DNA of 64,000 nucleotides from Oligoflexales bacterium (GCA_044236265.1 JBIIGV010000002.1:4778-68777), one strand, 5' to 3'; positions 40,430 through 50,964 are shown, numbered from the stretch's first letter. The notes: generated by a model not told the origin, from the sequence alone. Numbers and translations are program-made.

Positions 40430-41383
40430 TTAAAGAGCGTTTACCGGAGTCATTTTCTGCCCGCGCTCTTGGCCAAATACGACCGGAGGCACGCCCTCGA
40501 CTGGCGGTTTTTTTTCTACTGTTCCAGCATTAAAATAGTCAGAAAGGCGTGGCTCTGAAGACTTTGCAGCACCAAATCTTGACTCAGCCCAACGAAAGAG
40601 GATGTCTCCAATGGAGCCGCCAATGGTTAGTCTTCGTTTACCCCATATTTTTGATTCCATTGCAGAGATTATGGCAGCGCCGCTTAATGGCTCCGTCGAG
40701 GTCAAATCTATGATCCGGCAGTATGAGCCGCTATCCTTAATTTTTAACGCATCATCAACAGCCAGTAAAATGTCTTGAACCGTCGTGAGCACCACGCCGC
40801 CAAGCTTTTGCGGAAGAGGCAATATCAAGGGCATCTTTGCAAGTGAGGCTGCAGCCTTGATAAACCCGCTGTCAGAGAGCCCACCGCTGATGACACCTGC
40901 ACGAATAATGATCTTTTCTGGAATTGAAGAATTTAAAATAATATTTTCAGCCCAGTATTTCTCTCTAAGCACTGTGCTATTAGCACTTCGATCGACACCA
41001 ACCCAGCTTAAGAAAACTATTTTCCTCGCGTTAGACCGTTCCATGGCCCGTACAAGATTTTGTGTCATGACGACATTCGAGGAAACCTGAATCTGAGCAT
41101 CTGAAGGATAATGGCCATGAAGGCTTGGCGCTCCCAAGACATCACCCTGCCAAGCGAGATGGATCACGGTATCGGTGGACTTTAGCGCAGCCATGGCGCT
41201 GTCCGGTTGTAACAGATCCCCGCAAAGCGGAAGAAAATTATTTAGCGCTTTGGGCAGCTGATTTCTATAAAGGCCAATGGCGTGTTTACCTTGGCTAGAT
41301 AAATGTTCAGAAATTTTTTGACCAATCTGTCCTGCGGAACCGGTTATGAATGCGGTTCTACGATTAGACGACGAACTTGTCAT
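40430..41383 (-). CDS. NAD(P)-binding SDR / epimerase-dehydratase-family protein
   Basis: The N-terminal Rossmann motif is AFITGSAGQIGQKI. Length is about 317 aa. No finer assignment is possible by eye. Confidence 0.55.
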   Translation of the reverse strand: MTSSSSNRRTAFITGSAGQIGQKISEHLSSQGKHAIGLYRNQLPKALNNFLPLCGDLLQPDSAMAALKSTDTVIHLAWQGDVLGAPSLHGHYPSDAQIQVSSNVVMTQNLVRAMERSNARKIVFLSWVGVDRSANSTVLREKYWAENIILNSSIPEKIIIRAGVISGGLSDSGFIKAAASLAKMPLILPLPQKLGGVVLTTVQDILLAVDDALKIKDSGSYCRIIDLTSTEPLSGAAIISAMESKIWGKRRLTIGGSIGDILFRWAESRFGAAKSSEPRLSDYFNAGTVEKKPPVEGVPPVVFGQERGQKMTPVNAL

Positions 41384-41432
41384 GACCTAAGCCTCCCCAA
41401 TCAGCATTTAACGCTACTAATTGCTTGGACTA

Positions 41433-42542
41433 TTATAGCAAGGAGTCATAAATCTTGAGAGTTTTTTGAGCTATTTCCAACCAGCTGGGAAGCCGCAGTT
41501 GATCCAATCCCGTTGGGGCCTTGCCCACAAGGGCATCGAACGCACTAATCCACTCATCCACCGGGGAATCTGGCTTCATGGCTTTTACTTGTTTTTTTCC
41601 ATATCCCGCCACCTCATCAATCCCAGATCCCCTGCAGTAAAGCAATATGAGGCCCCGAGCTAAAGCGTCAGAGGCTGGCAGGCACCACCCTTCATAAAGT
41701 GACGGGTGAATTAATATTTTTGAGTTCGAATAAAGCTCTTCTAGTTCAACGTTTGAAACGTTTTGCAGAACAGTCAAATTTCGCGGAGAATTTTGCAATG
41801 ATTTTGCGCCAAGAGCATCTGTAACAACGGTGAAAGATCTGTGACTTAGTGCGGATGCTATCTCCGAGATAAAATGAAGACGCTTATATCCTTCACCTCG
41901 CGAAATCGTAAGCCCGTCAATAGAACGTGCAGACCATTCTTTCATTGGGGTCTGTGAGGGCGTTGTGCCGTAGCCTAAAATTTCAATTTTTTCACTAACG
42001 CCGATTCCGTAACGCTCAAGAATCTGAATTTTTGTCCATTGCGATGGGGTTAGAATCTTATCAGCTCGTTTAATCACGCCTGGTAACAACGTTAGGTATT
42101 GAAGATAGAGCGGAGTGATTTCTTCAAGATTAAGAGGTGTTAAGTCATGGACTGTTACGACAAAACGGTCACCAGTTCGTTTACGGGCGAAGACTGGTAG
42201 ATTGATGTTGCTTAGGCCGTGAAAAATAACGCTTTGATTATTCCATCTTTCTTTGGCGGCCGCGTATGTCACGCTTGGATAAAATGGCTTGAGTCGTTCC
42301 AATTTTGAAAAAAAAGTGCCTTGGCGAGCTTGGATTTTTATCCTTTGCTCCTCAGCAGTAAATTCGATCGCTTCATCAGTAAACGCAAGAATACTTGGCT
42401 GGCAACCAAGCTCATTCAAAGAACTACATAGATTGCGACCATAAACGCCAACGCCGCTGTTGGGATGTGCCAAACCGAGACCATCCCAGACAATCTGTGG
42501 ACGACCAACACGCTCCACATCTGTCGGCAACGATGTAGTCAT
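41433..42542 (-). CDS. GT-B glycosyltransferase (family 1/4-like)
   Basis: The C-terminal half carries a LIHPSLYEGWCLPASDALARG (E-x7-E type) motif. It starts 12 nt after the atpC stop on the same strand. Confidence 0.65.
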   Translation of the reverse strand: MTTSLPTDVERVGRPQIVWDGLGLAHPNSGVGVYGRNLCSSLNELGCQPSILAFTDEAIEFTAEEQRIKIQARQGTFFSKLERLKPFYPSVTYAAAKERWNNQSVIFHGLSNINLPVFARKRTGDRFVVTVHDLTPLNLEEITPLYLQYLTLLPGVIKRADKILTPSQWTKIQILERYGIGVSEKIEILGYGTTPSQTPMKEWSARSIDGLTISRGEGYKRLHFISEIASALSHRSFTVVTDALGAKSLQNSPRNLTVLQNVSNVELEELYSNSKILIHPSLYEGWCLPASDALARGLILLYCRGSGIDEVAGYGKKQVKAMKPDSPVDEWISAFDALVGKAPTGLDQLRLPSWLEIAQKTLKIYDSLL

Positions 42543-42554
42543 TAAAAAACCTAG

Positions 42555-42980
42555 TTAATGCAACGCTTTCGTAGCGCCAGCGATTTCAAGACGGTGCTCA
42601 GCACGCTTCTTTGCGCTTAGTGCACGCGGCACGTCAACTCCCCCAGATTTTGCCTGAAGCAGTTGCTCCTCCGCTTTTATGAGAGCTTTTTTTGCACGAT
42701 CCACATTTATTTCCGTTGGCTTTTCGATCACGTTTGCCAAAACCGTCACTGCGTCACGTGAAACATCGACAAAACCACCGGACACGAAAAGCTTTTCTGC
42801 AGATGTTGAGCCACTCTCTAAAACGAGGGTTCCTATGCCCAGCTCGGCAACCATGGGCGTGTGCCCAGGCAGTAGCGTCATGTAGCCAAGCTCACCAGGA
42901 AGTCCCAGCGCCCTCGCAGGTCCGCGGAAAATGATTCGCTCAGGAGAAAGAACCCTGACTTGTAATTCGCTTTGTAGCAT
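42555..42980 (-). CDS. atpC: F1 ATP synthase epsilon subunit
   Basis: LQVRVLSPERIIF..LPGELGYMTLLPGHTPMV and a C-terminal helical hairpin are present. It follows atpD. Confidence 0.9.
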   Translation of the reverse strand: MLQSELQVRVLSPERIIFRGPARALGLPGELGYMTLLPGHTPMVAELGIGTLVLESGSTSAEKLFVSGGFVDVSRDAVTVLANVIEKPTEINVDRAKKALIKAEEQLLQAKSGGVDVPRALSAKKRAEHRLEIAGATKALH

Positions 42981-43037
42981 CTAATAGCTCCTAGCTTAGT
43001 CAAGCACCCCGCTATTTTAGCGGGGGCTCACTTCGTG

Positions 43038-44474
<1,437 letters not shown>

Positions 44475-44512
44475 TTAAAGTTTTTCAAAATTAAATTTAA
44501 TTTTCACTGTTT

Positions 44513-45376
44513 CTACAATGCGTCAGCACCGCTTGTGATCTCGATCAGCTCCTTGGTAATTGCCGCCTGACGTCCACGGTTATACTGCAAGGTCAGTTTT
44601 CGAATCACTTCTTTTGCGTTTTTAGTCGCCGAATCCATAGCCGTCATGCGCGCGCCATGTTCGCTGGCCGCTGATTCCAACAGAATACGGAACATTCTTG
44701 AAACAACGAGTTTTTGCAAAAGAGGCTCAAGCAGCTTCTCAGCAACTGGCTCCACAATAATATTGGATCCCACATCATTTGCAGCACTGGCCTTTGGCGT
44801 TACAGGCAGTACTTGTTTGATAACAGGAACCTGACTAAGGGCGCTCTTAAACTCAACAAACGCAACGTGCACTGCGTCGTAAGTGCCATCGAGATACGTT
44901 GTAACAACCTCGTTAGCAAGGTCCAGAGCGACATCGTAACGAGGCTTCTCTGTTACTTTTTCGCGTTCACCAAGCAGACTCCAGCGCACTTTACGGCAGA
45001 ACATGCCTGAGCGTCGTCCCCAAGCCATGACGTCAAATTTAACGCCCTGCTCCTGGCGCTCTTTAATGTAACGATTCGTTACTTTAAAAAGTGCTGAGTT
45101 TAAGCTTCCACAAAGACCTCGGTCAGTGGCCACTAAAACCAATAGTTCTTTTTTATGCTGGCCTCTCGTTTCGGTTAGGCGCGACGGAACGTCGCCAGCT
45201 GCCGCGACGACCTTTTCCACCATATCCTCGAATCCATCGCCGTATGGACGAGCGGCGATGACAGCATGATTTGCTCTCGCAAATTTGGCCGCTGACACCA
45301 GCTTCATCGCGTGCGTAATCTTCTGCGTGTTTTTCACGCTGACGATTCGACGCTTAATGTCCTTTAGACTAGGCAT
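44513..45376 (-). CDS. atpG: F1 ATP synthase gamma subunit
   Basis: [31 protein letters not shown] at the N-terminus and [10 protein letters not shown] at the C-terminus. Confidence 0.93.
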   Translation of the reverse strand: MPSLKDIKRRIVSVKNTQKITHAMKLVSAAKFARANHAVIAARPYGDGFEDMVEKVVAAAGDVPSRLTETRGQHKKELLVLVATDRGLCGSLNSALFKVTNRYIKERQEQGVKFDVMAWGRRSGMFCRKVRWSLLGEREKVTEKPRYDVALDLANEVVTTYLDGTYDAVHVAFVEFKSALSQVPVIKQVLPVTPKASAANDVGSNIIVEPVAEKLLEPLLQKLVVSRMFRILLESAASEHGARMTAMDSATKNAKEVIRKLTLQYNRGRQAAITKELIEITSGADAL

Positions 45377-46883
45377 TTACTTTGAATCCTTTCGAGAACT
45401 CTTCGATTGCTTTTTTGAGATCGCCCTCAACATCGGCAAGTTTTGCCCTTTGTTCGATTTTCGCTAGAACAGGGGCGTACTTCGCATTTAGATGCTCAGC
45501 CAAACCTTTTTCAAAAGCCAAAACCTGAGAAACTTCGACGTTGTCTAGATAGCCCTTCGTAGCGGCATATATAATTGCGACTTGAAGTCCGACGTGCATT
45601 GGGACGTACTGACCCTGCTTTAGAATTTCTACAAGGCGCGCGCCGCGGGAGAGCGCTCTCTGTGTTGCGGCGTCAAGGTCAGAACCAAACTGCGCAAACG
45701 CAGCTAGTTCGCGATACTGTGCAAGCTCAAGACGAAGGTTACCGGCAACCGACTTCATTGCTGGCACCTGCGCAGAACCCCCTACCCGGCTTACAGAAAG
45801 GCCCGCGTTAATGGCTGGGCGAATTCCGGAGAAGAATAAGTCGGCTTCGAGGAATATCTGTCCGTCAGTGATCGAAATTACGTTTGTAGGAATATAGGCC
45901 GAAATGTCACCTGCTTGAGTTTCAATTACAGGGAACGCCGTAATCGATCCTCCACCCAGATCATCGTTCAGCTTACAAGCGCGCTCCAAAAGGCGGCTGT
46001 GAAGATAGAAGACGTCTCCTGGATAGGCTTCGCGTCCTGGAGGACGTCTTAGAAGAAGCGATAGTTCGCGGTAGGCTGCCGCTTGTTTTGACAAGTCATC
46101 GTAGAAGATAACGGCATGCTCACCCTTGTCGCGGAAATATTCAGCCATACGGCAACCGGAGTATGGAGCAAGGAACTGCATTGGAGCAGGATCGAGTGCA
46201 GTCGCTGCAACGACGATGGTGTAATCCATAGCGCCGGCCTTTTTAAGCTTGTCTACAACCTGCGCAACCGTAGAGGCTTTTTGACCAATGGCAACATAAA
46301 CACAAACAACACCCTTGCCCTTTTGATTGATGATCGTATCGATCGTAACGGCGGTCTTGCCGGTCTGACGGTCACCAATGATGAGCTCGCGCTGGCCGCG
46401 ACCAATTGGCACCATCGCATCAATAGCTTTGATACCTGTTTGCAGAGGTTCGTGAACGGACTTACGAGCAATAATGCCGGGCGCCTTAACTTCGACTTTA
46501 CCACGCTCATCGGACTTGATGGGGCCTTGCCCATCTATGGGATTGCCGAGCGCATCTACAACGCGACCCAAAAGACCGCGACCAACTGGGACCGCGTTAA
46601 TTTCATTAAGACGCTTTACGCTGTGGCCTTCTTGAATTTCGTCTGTTTTTCCGAGAACGGCAACACCGACGTTGTCTTCTTCAAGGTTCAAAACTACGCC
46701 ACGAACGCCGTTTTGGAATTCTACAAGCTCTCCGGACTTTACGCCCTCCAAACCATAAACGCGGGCAATCCCGTCACCCACGGTTAATACGGTTCCAGTT
46801 TCAATCAACTCAGCCTTTTGGCCAAAGTTTTTGATACGGTCACTGATAATCCTGCTTACTTCCTCAACTCTAATCTTATCCAT
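45369..46883 (-). CDS. atpA: F1 ATP synthase alpha subunit
   Basis: Walker A GDRQTGKT, with highly conserved alpha-subunit sequence throughout. Confidence 0.98.
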   Translation of the reverse strand: MDKIRVEEVSRIISDRIKNFGQKAELIETGTVLTVGDGIARVYGLEGVKSGELVEFQNGVRGVVLNLEEDNVGVAVLGKTDEIQEGHSVKRLNEINAVPVGRGLLGRVVDALGNPIDGQGPIKSDERGKVEVKAPGIIARKSVHEPLQTGIKAIDAMVPIGRGQRELIIGDRQTGKTAVTIDTIINQKGKGVVCVYVAIGQKASTVAQVVDKLKKAGAMDYTIVVAATALDPAPMQFLAPYSGCRMAEYFRDKGEHAVIFYDDLSKQAAAYRELSLLLRRPPGREAYPGDVFYLHSRLLERACKLNDDLGGGSITAFPVIETQAGDISAYIPTNVISITDGQIFLEADLFFSGIRPAINAGLSVSRVGGSAQVPAMKSVAGNLRLELAQYRELAAFAQFGSDLDAATQRALSRGARLVEILKQGQYVPMHVGLQVAIIYAATKGYLDNVEVSQVLAFEKGLAEHLNAKYAPVLAKIEQRAKLADVEGDLKKAIEEFSKGFKVNA

Positions 46884-46902
46884 AGTGCCTCATTGTCCTT
46901 TC

Positions 46903-47442
46903 TTAACGCTGCGCAAATTCGGCGACAGAATTCAAACGATTTTTCAAACTCAGATCGATAGTGTAATTGCCCAAATGTACAACGACACCGCCAAGAACTT
47001 CTTTGTTCACTTCGTTATCCAATGTGATTTTTTTGGAGAAGAGCTTTTCGAGGGCTGCTGTTAGCTCCTTTTTTGCGGAATCCGACATCGGTTCAGCCGT
47101 AACAGCGGTTGCCCCTGCAAAACCGCGCTTGGCTGCAAGCATTTCGCGGTATGCCTTGGAAATTTGCGGAATGTAAGCCGTGCGACCAGCGTCCACCACT
47201 TGATTTACGAAATTGGTGAACTCAGCAGGTGCTTTAGCCTTATCTGCGGCATACGCCAAGACGGCTTTTTTAAGGTCCGAGGGCATGACGGGACTTTTCA
47301 AAACTTTTTTCGTTTCAGTCTCAGCGAAAAGCTCGTCGCAGAGAGAAAGAAATGTCACGGCCTTGTCAGCAAGCGCATCTTCTTTGTCTGATATGCTCAA
47401 AAGAGCTTTCGCGTATCGATTTGCAATAAAACTTGAGCTCAT
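46903..47442 (-). CDS. atpH: F1 ATP synthase delta (OSCP) subunit
   Basis: IANRYAKALLS at the N-terminus and GGVVVHLGNYTIDLSLKNRL at the C-terminus. It lies between atpF and atpA. Confidence 0.85.
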   Translation of the reverse strand: MSSSFIANRYAKALLSISDKEDALADKAVTFLSLCDELFAETETKKVLKSPVMPSDLKKAVLAYAADKAKAPAEFTNFVNQVVDAGRTAYIPQISKAYREMLAAKRGFAGATAVTAEPMSDSAKKELTAALEKLFSKKITLDNEVNKEVLGGVVVHLGNYTIDLSLKNRLNSVAEFAQR

Positions 47443-47473
47443 ATTGTTCTCCGGAGCTTGGCCTTTGTCTGCG

Positions 47474-47989
47474 TTACTGAGGTAGCGTCATGTGAGACGT
47501 TTCGGAAATTTTGGACTTAAGAATTTTGTCTTTTGAGGACGAGTCTAGTTCTTTCTGAATTTTTTCTTCGGCCTGTTGCTTTGCGGCCAATACAATCTCA
47601 TGACGAAGCTCTCGCCTGGCGCGATCGATTGCATCAACGGCCAATCGGCTGGTCTCATCACGAAGATGGCGGACGAACTTCTCCGCATCTTCTAACAATC
47701 GTTTTGATTCTTCATGCGCGGCCTTTTCACTTTGTGCGGCGAATGATCTCAATTCGTCTTCAAGCGCGTCAAAACGAGATTTAGTTTCAGCAAATGTATT
47801 TTTTGCCTCTTCAAGAGCCGCAGCAGCGGCCTTTGATGCTTTGAGGTAGTTGTCGCGCTTTGACTGCGCCATTGCCGCCAATGGTTTTCTAAAAAGATAA
47901 ACGGCCGCCGCAAGAAATACGGCGAAATTAAAGTAAGGAATCAAAACAGCGCTGGTTAGATCTAGATGATGTTCCAATTTAAACTCCAC
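47474..47989 (-). CDS. atpF: Fo ATP synthase subunit b
   Basis: A single N-terminal TM is followed by a long charged helix (A/E/K/R-rich). It lies directly upstream of atpH. Confidence 0.75.
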   Translation of the reverse strand: MEFKLEHHLDLTSAVLIPYFNFAVFLAAAVYLFRKPLAAMAQSKRDNYLKASKAAAAALEEAKNTFAETKSRFDALEDELRSFAAQSEKAAHEESKRLLEDAEKFVRHLRDETSRLAVDAIDRARRELRHEIVLAAKQQAEEKIQKELDSSSKDKILKSKISETSHMTLPQ

Positions 47990-48027
47990 ATATCAACAAT
48001 AGTCATCAAACAGATGACCCGTTCAAA

Positions 48028-48459
48028 TCAATGGGTAACCTGTGCAAAGAAGCTTTCGGCGATTTCCTTAATGGTTGCGTCCTTTCTTGAACGCTCTTCT
48101 TTCAGATTTGTTTCGATTTCAGAAAGAATCCGAGCCTGCTCCTTTTTGGCTTCGCTATCTGCTTGCGCCAACAGTGCCGCACGTTTTGTCATGGCGTCGC
48201 TTTTAATTTTTTCTCGAGTTGTTGCTGCGTCTTTGTGAGCTGCGCGCATGCGGCTTGTGATTTTGTCGCCGAGAGCATCGGCCTCCTTCAGAAGAGCTTG
48301 TGCTTCGTCCTGACTTCCACCAGTCGATGCTTCTCTGCGGCTTCTGACCGTTAGGTAGGGTTCAAGAATTAATTTTTTTACGACGATCATGTTAGCTAAA
48401 AAAATTGCTGCCTGAGCGCCAATAACTATCGGGTCTGGGGTGAGGTTCAATTGAGCCAT
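48028..48459 (-). CDS. Fo ATP synthase subunit b' (second b-type subunit)
   Basis: Same topology as subunit b: an N-terminal TM (IGAQAAIFLANMIVV) and then a charged helix. It sits in tandem upstream of atpF. Confidence 0.65.
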   Translation of the reverse strand: MAQLNLTPDPIVIGAQAAIFLANMIVVKKLILEPYLTVRSRREASTGGSQDEAQALLKEADALGDKITSRMRAAHKDAATTREKIKSDAMTKRAALLAQADSEAKKEQARILSEIETNLKEERSRKDATIKEIAESFFAQVTH

Positions 48460-48483
48460 GAGTCTCTACCTGCTAATTGAGAA

Positions 48484-48534
48484 AAAATCTAAGCTATCAT
48501 CAAATCGACAAGCGGCAGAGATAGCTTAGATTTT
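48484..48534. repeat. Perfect 15-bp inverted repeat between parB and atpF'
   Basis: AAAATCTAAGCTATC (48484-48498) and GATAGCTTAGATTTT (48520-48534), separated by 21 nt. Confidence 0.8.
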
Positions 48535-48589
48535 CCATTGCGGCAACAGTGATTTATCGGGGGATATAGAGTTTCCCGACAAGTGATGA

Positions 48590-49555
48590 TCAATTCATCT
48601 TGTGACCAAAGACGGCCAACAAGCGCTCTAGCTCGGAGGCAGAGAAATAGGAGATTTCAATCTTACCTTTGGCCGCATTTCCGGAAATTTTTACCTTTGT
48701 CTTGAGGGTTCCGCGAAGGCTATCCGCAAGATATTCGAGATCCGCAGCATCTTTTCCTGTTCTACCGCCAGGCGTTTGCTGGTTTGTTTTATAATTTTTA
48801 ACTAACTGCTCAGTTTGACGAACATTTAAAGATTTTTTAATAATAATATCTCTGGCTCTTAAAATCAGCTTTCTATCATCAATCGATAGCAACGCTCGAC
48901 CATGGCCCATAGTTAGACGGCTCTCAACCAGATCGTCTTGAACCTCCTTCGGCAGATGAAGGATTCGCAAAATATTTGCAACTGTAGAACGCTCTTTGCC
49001 CACTTTTTCAGCACATTGCTCTTGAGTTAGGCCAAAATCGTTAATTAGCGACTGGTAAGCCTCCGCCTCTTCAAGCACGTTTAAATCTTGTCTTTGAATA
49101 TTTTCGATTAACGCAACCCGAAGCTGTTCCTGATCGGACATCGGCTCGCGAATAATGGCTGGAATTTTGTCGAGTCCAGCCAAACGGCTCGCTCGTAGTC
49201 GACGCTCACCAGCTATTAGAAGATAGCGCCCTGGGGTCTCCGTTTTGGTGACAGTAATAGGCTGAATGACGCCGTCAACCTTGATGCTGGCGGCCAGCGC
49301 CTTTAGTTCTTCATCTTTGAATATTCTTCGCGGCTGATGTGGGTTTACTTCAATCAAATCTTGAGAAAGTTCCACAACACTTCCCTTGGCAACAACCTGG
49401 GCCGTCGATGTCTTTTCAGCACCTTGCCGCGATGAGGCTGGCGTAGATGATTTTACCGTTGATATAGAAGGCTCCTGATCATATTCACCCAAAAGTGATG
49501 TGATGCCTTTCCCAAGCGAAGGTCTTTTCAGGCGGGGGTCGATTTTTTGTGTCAT
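48590..49555 (-). CDS. parB: Chromosome partitioning protein ParB (Spo0J)
   Basis: The ParB box is LIAGERRLRASRLAG with the arginine patch GERR. The HTH region is TQEQCAEKVGKERSTVANILRIL. It overlaps the parA stop by 4 nt. Confidence 0.93.
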   Translation of the reverse strand: MTQKIDPRLKRPSLGKGITSLLGEYDQEPSISTVKSSTPASSRQGAEKTSTAQVVAKGSVVELSQDLIEVNPHQPRRIFKDEELKALAASIKVDGVIQPITVTKTETPGRYLLIAGERRLRASRLAGLDKIPAIIREPMSDQEQLRVALIENIQRQDLNVLEEAEAYQSLINDFGLTQEQCAEKVGKERSTVANILRILHLPKEVQDDLVESRLTMGHGRALLSIDDRKLILRARDIIIKKSLNVRQTEQLVKNYKTNQQTPGGRTGKDAADLEYLADSLRGTLKTKVKISGNAAKGKIEISYFSASELERLLAVFGHKMN

Positions 49556-50388
49556 AGCTGAACTCCCTTAGGCTGGCCTTGCTCAGGCGAAAAGTTTTGG
49601 CTCTGTTTGGCTTCAGTCTTACGCGCCGTCTGACGACGAATAAGCTCACGGGCCACTTCCATATAGGCGATTGCTCCGGTGGAATTGATATCATACAAAA
49701 TGACTGGTTTCCCGTGCGACGGCGCTTCTGAGAGGCGCACGTTACGAGGGATCACCGTCGCAAACACCTCCCCTTGAAAGTGTGTGCGAATATCCTGCTC
49801 GACTTGGTGACAAAGGTTATTGCGACGATCATACATCGTTAACAAAATACCCTCTCTTTCGAGGTCGGGGTTTAGTCGACGTTTGATTAAACCAACCGTC
49901 TTCAAGAGCTGGCTCAGGCCCTCCATCGCATAATATTCGCACTGCATGGGGATTAAAACAGAGTGCGCAGCCGTTAGAGCATTTACCGTTAAGATTCCCA
50001 ACGCTGGTGGACAGTCGATGATGATGTAATCGTAGATGTCATCGACCTGGGCAAGAGCGTCTTTCAGGCGAACCTCTCTGCCTATCGCTGTAACTAATTC
50101 TATTTCTGCGCCGATCAGATCTTGGTTTGCGGCTGCCAGGTTGAGACATTTAAGCTCTGTGTGAAGTATGGCGGATTTGATTGGGGCTTCATCAACAAGG
50201 ACTTGGTACATGCTTGTTTGAATGGTTTCGGGGGAAATCCCTAGCCCACTGCCAGCATTAGCTTGAGGATCAAGGTCCACTAAAAGCACCTTTTTCTCAG
50301 CTGCGGCCAATGATGCGGCAATGTTTACAGATGTCGTGGTTTTGCCTACTCCACCCTTTTGATTCGAGACGGCGATGATGCGGGCCAT
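49552..50388 (-). CDS. parA: Chromosome partitioning ATPase ParA (Soj)
   Basis: The deviant Walker A is KGGVGKTT, directly after MARIIAVSNQ. A GGAGGA Shine-Dalgarno precedes ATG 50388. The 30-codon extension in the ORF track reads through a parS site and is rejected. Confidence 0.93.
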   Translation of the reverse strand: MARIIAVSNQKGGVGKTTTSVNIAASLAAAEKKVLLVDLDPQANAGSGLGISPETIQTSMYQVLVDEAPIKSAILHTELKCLNLAAANQDLIGAEIELVTAIGREVRLKDALAQVDDIYDYIIIDCPPALGILTVNALTAAHSVLIPMQCEYYAMEGLSQLLKTVGLIKRRLNPDLEREGILLTMYDRRNNLCHQVEQDIRTHFQGEVFATVIPRNVRLSEAPSHGKPVILYDINSTGAIAYMEVARELIRRQTARKTEAKQSQNFSPEQGQPKGVQL

Positions 50389-50461
50389 CGTTCCTCCAGT
50401 TTTCTGATTTATTCGTCCCGGAGTATAGCAAAAGTTGCTCGCGTGGCTAGGATCATTTTCA

Positions 50462-50477
50462 TGTTTCACGTGGAACA
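50462..50477. promoter_or_regulatory. parS: parS centromere-like site 1
   Basis: TGTTTCACGTGGAACA. Its reverse complement TGTTCCACGTGAAACA matches the consensus TGTTNCACGTGAAACA at 16/16. Confidence 0.8.
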
Positions 50478-50499
50478 TTCAAATTTTTTCAAAGCATAA

Positions 50500-50515
50500 T
50501 GTTTCACGTGGAACA
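50500..50515. promoter_or_regulatory. parS: parS centromere-like site 2
   Basis: TGTTTCACGTGGAACA, identical to site 1 and 38 bp away from it. Confidence 0.8.
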
Positions 50516-50537
50516 CAAACCAAACCGAACCAAGAAA

Positions 50538-50553
50538 TGTTTCACGTGAAACA
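50538..50553. promoter_or_regulatory. parS: parS centromere-like site 3 (perfect palindrome)
   Basis: TGTTTCACGTGAAACA, 38 bp from site 2. Confidence 0.85.
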
Positions 50554-50581
50554 AAAAGGGCCAGCGCCCAAGCGCCGGCCC
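50554..50581 (-). terminator. Rho-independent terminator after atpE
   Basis: The minus strand carries a GC-rich 10-bp stem (GGGCCGGCGC / GCGCTGGCCC, one mismatch) with a 4-nt loop. TTTTTGT follows, 20 nt downstream of the atpE stop. Confidence 0.65.
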
Positions 50582-50600
50582 TTTCAAGTAATGGACTAAA

Positions 50601-50909
50601 TTACTTTTGTAGCCACAGGAATGCGACTACGAAGCCCAAAAGAGCGGAAAGCTCGATGAAGGCCAAAGAGAGAAGCAGCGGAACGAAAACCGCGTCCTTG
50701 CTTCCTGGGTTTCTTGCGATACCTTCCAAAGCGGACCCAGCAGCCTTACCTTGACCACCGCTGGCACCGATTGCCGCAAGACCCATCGCTAAGGCCGAGC
50801 CAATAGCAACCAAGCCACTAGAAGAAACGCTAGAAGCGTCGCCTTCCGCAAGAGCAACACCGCTTACCATTAAACCAGCTAGAACACCTGCAAATTTCAA
50901 AAACTTCAC
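50601..50909 (-). CDS. atpE: Fo ATP synthase subunit c with N-terminal signal-peptide-like extension
   Basis: The core is [27 protein letters not shown]...[16 protein letters not shown], a helical hairpin with the loop RNPG and a carboxylate Glu. It is preceded by [23 protein letters not shown]. Confidence 0.9.
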   Translation of the reverse strand: MKFLKFAGVLAGLMVSGVALAEGDASSVSSSGLVAIGSALAMGLAAIGASGGQGKAAGSALEGIARNPGSKDAVFVPLLLSLAFIELSALLGFVVAFLWLQK

Positions 50910-50964
50910 AAAACACCTCTCATTAAAAAATAAAATCCGCTAAATAAATCTCAAAGAACCAAAC

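Noticed and set aside
46116-46787. A 223-aa plus-strand ORF antisense to atpA. Similar long antisense ORFs lie within atpD (43035-43406), gyrB (56256-56879), the M16 peptidase (17172-17603) and secA (5087-5509).
   Set aside because: The opposite strand encodes near-invariant, fully recognisable proteins in each case. The antisense translations show no motifs, odd composition and no Shine-Dalgarno. These are typical shadow ORFs.
50389-50478. A 30-codon N-terminal extension of ParA in the ORF track (MFHVKHENDPSH...).
   Set aside because: The extension starts inside parS site 1 (ATGTTCCACGTGAAACAT). The real start MARIIAVSNQKGGVGKTT at 50388 has a GGAGGA Shine-Dalgarno and gives the canonical ParA N-terminus.
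50601-50909. The possibility that the c-subunit is Na+-specific.
   Set aside because: The ion-site region reads [11 protein letters not shown]. It lacks the E-S/T-T...Y arrangement (as in AESTGIY of Ilyobacter tartaricus) needed for Na+ coordination, so proton coupling is assumed.
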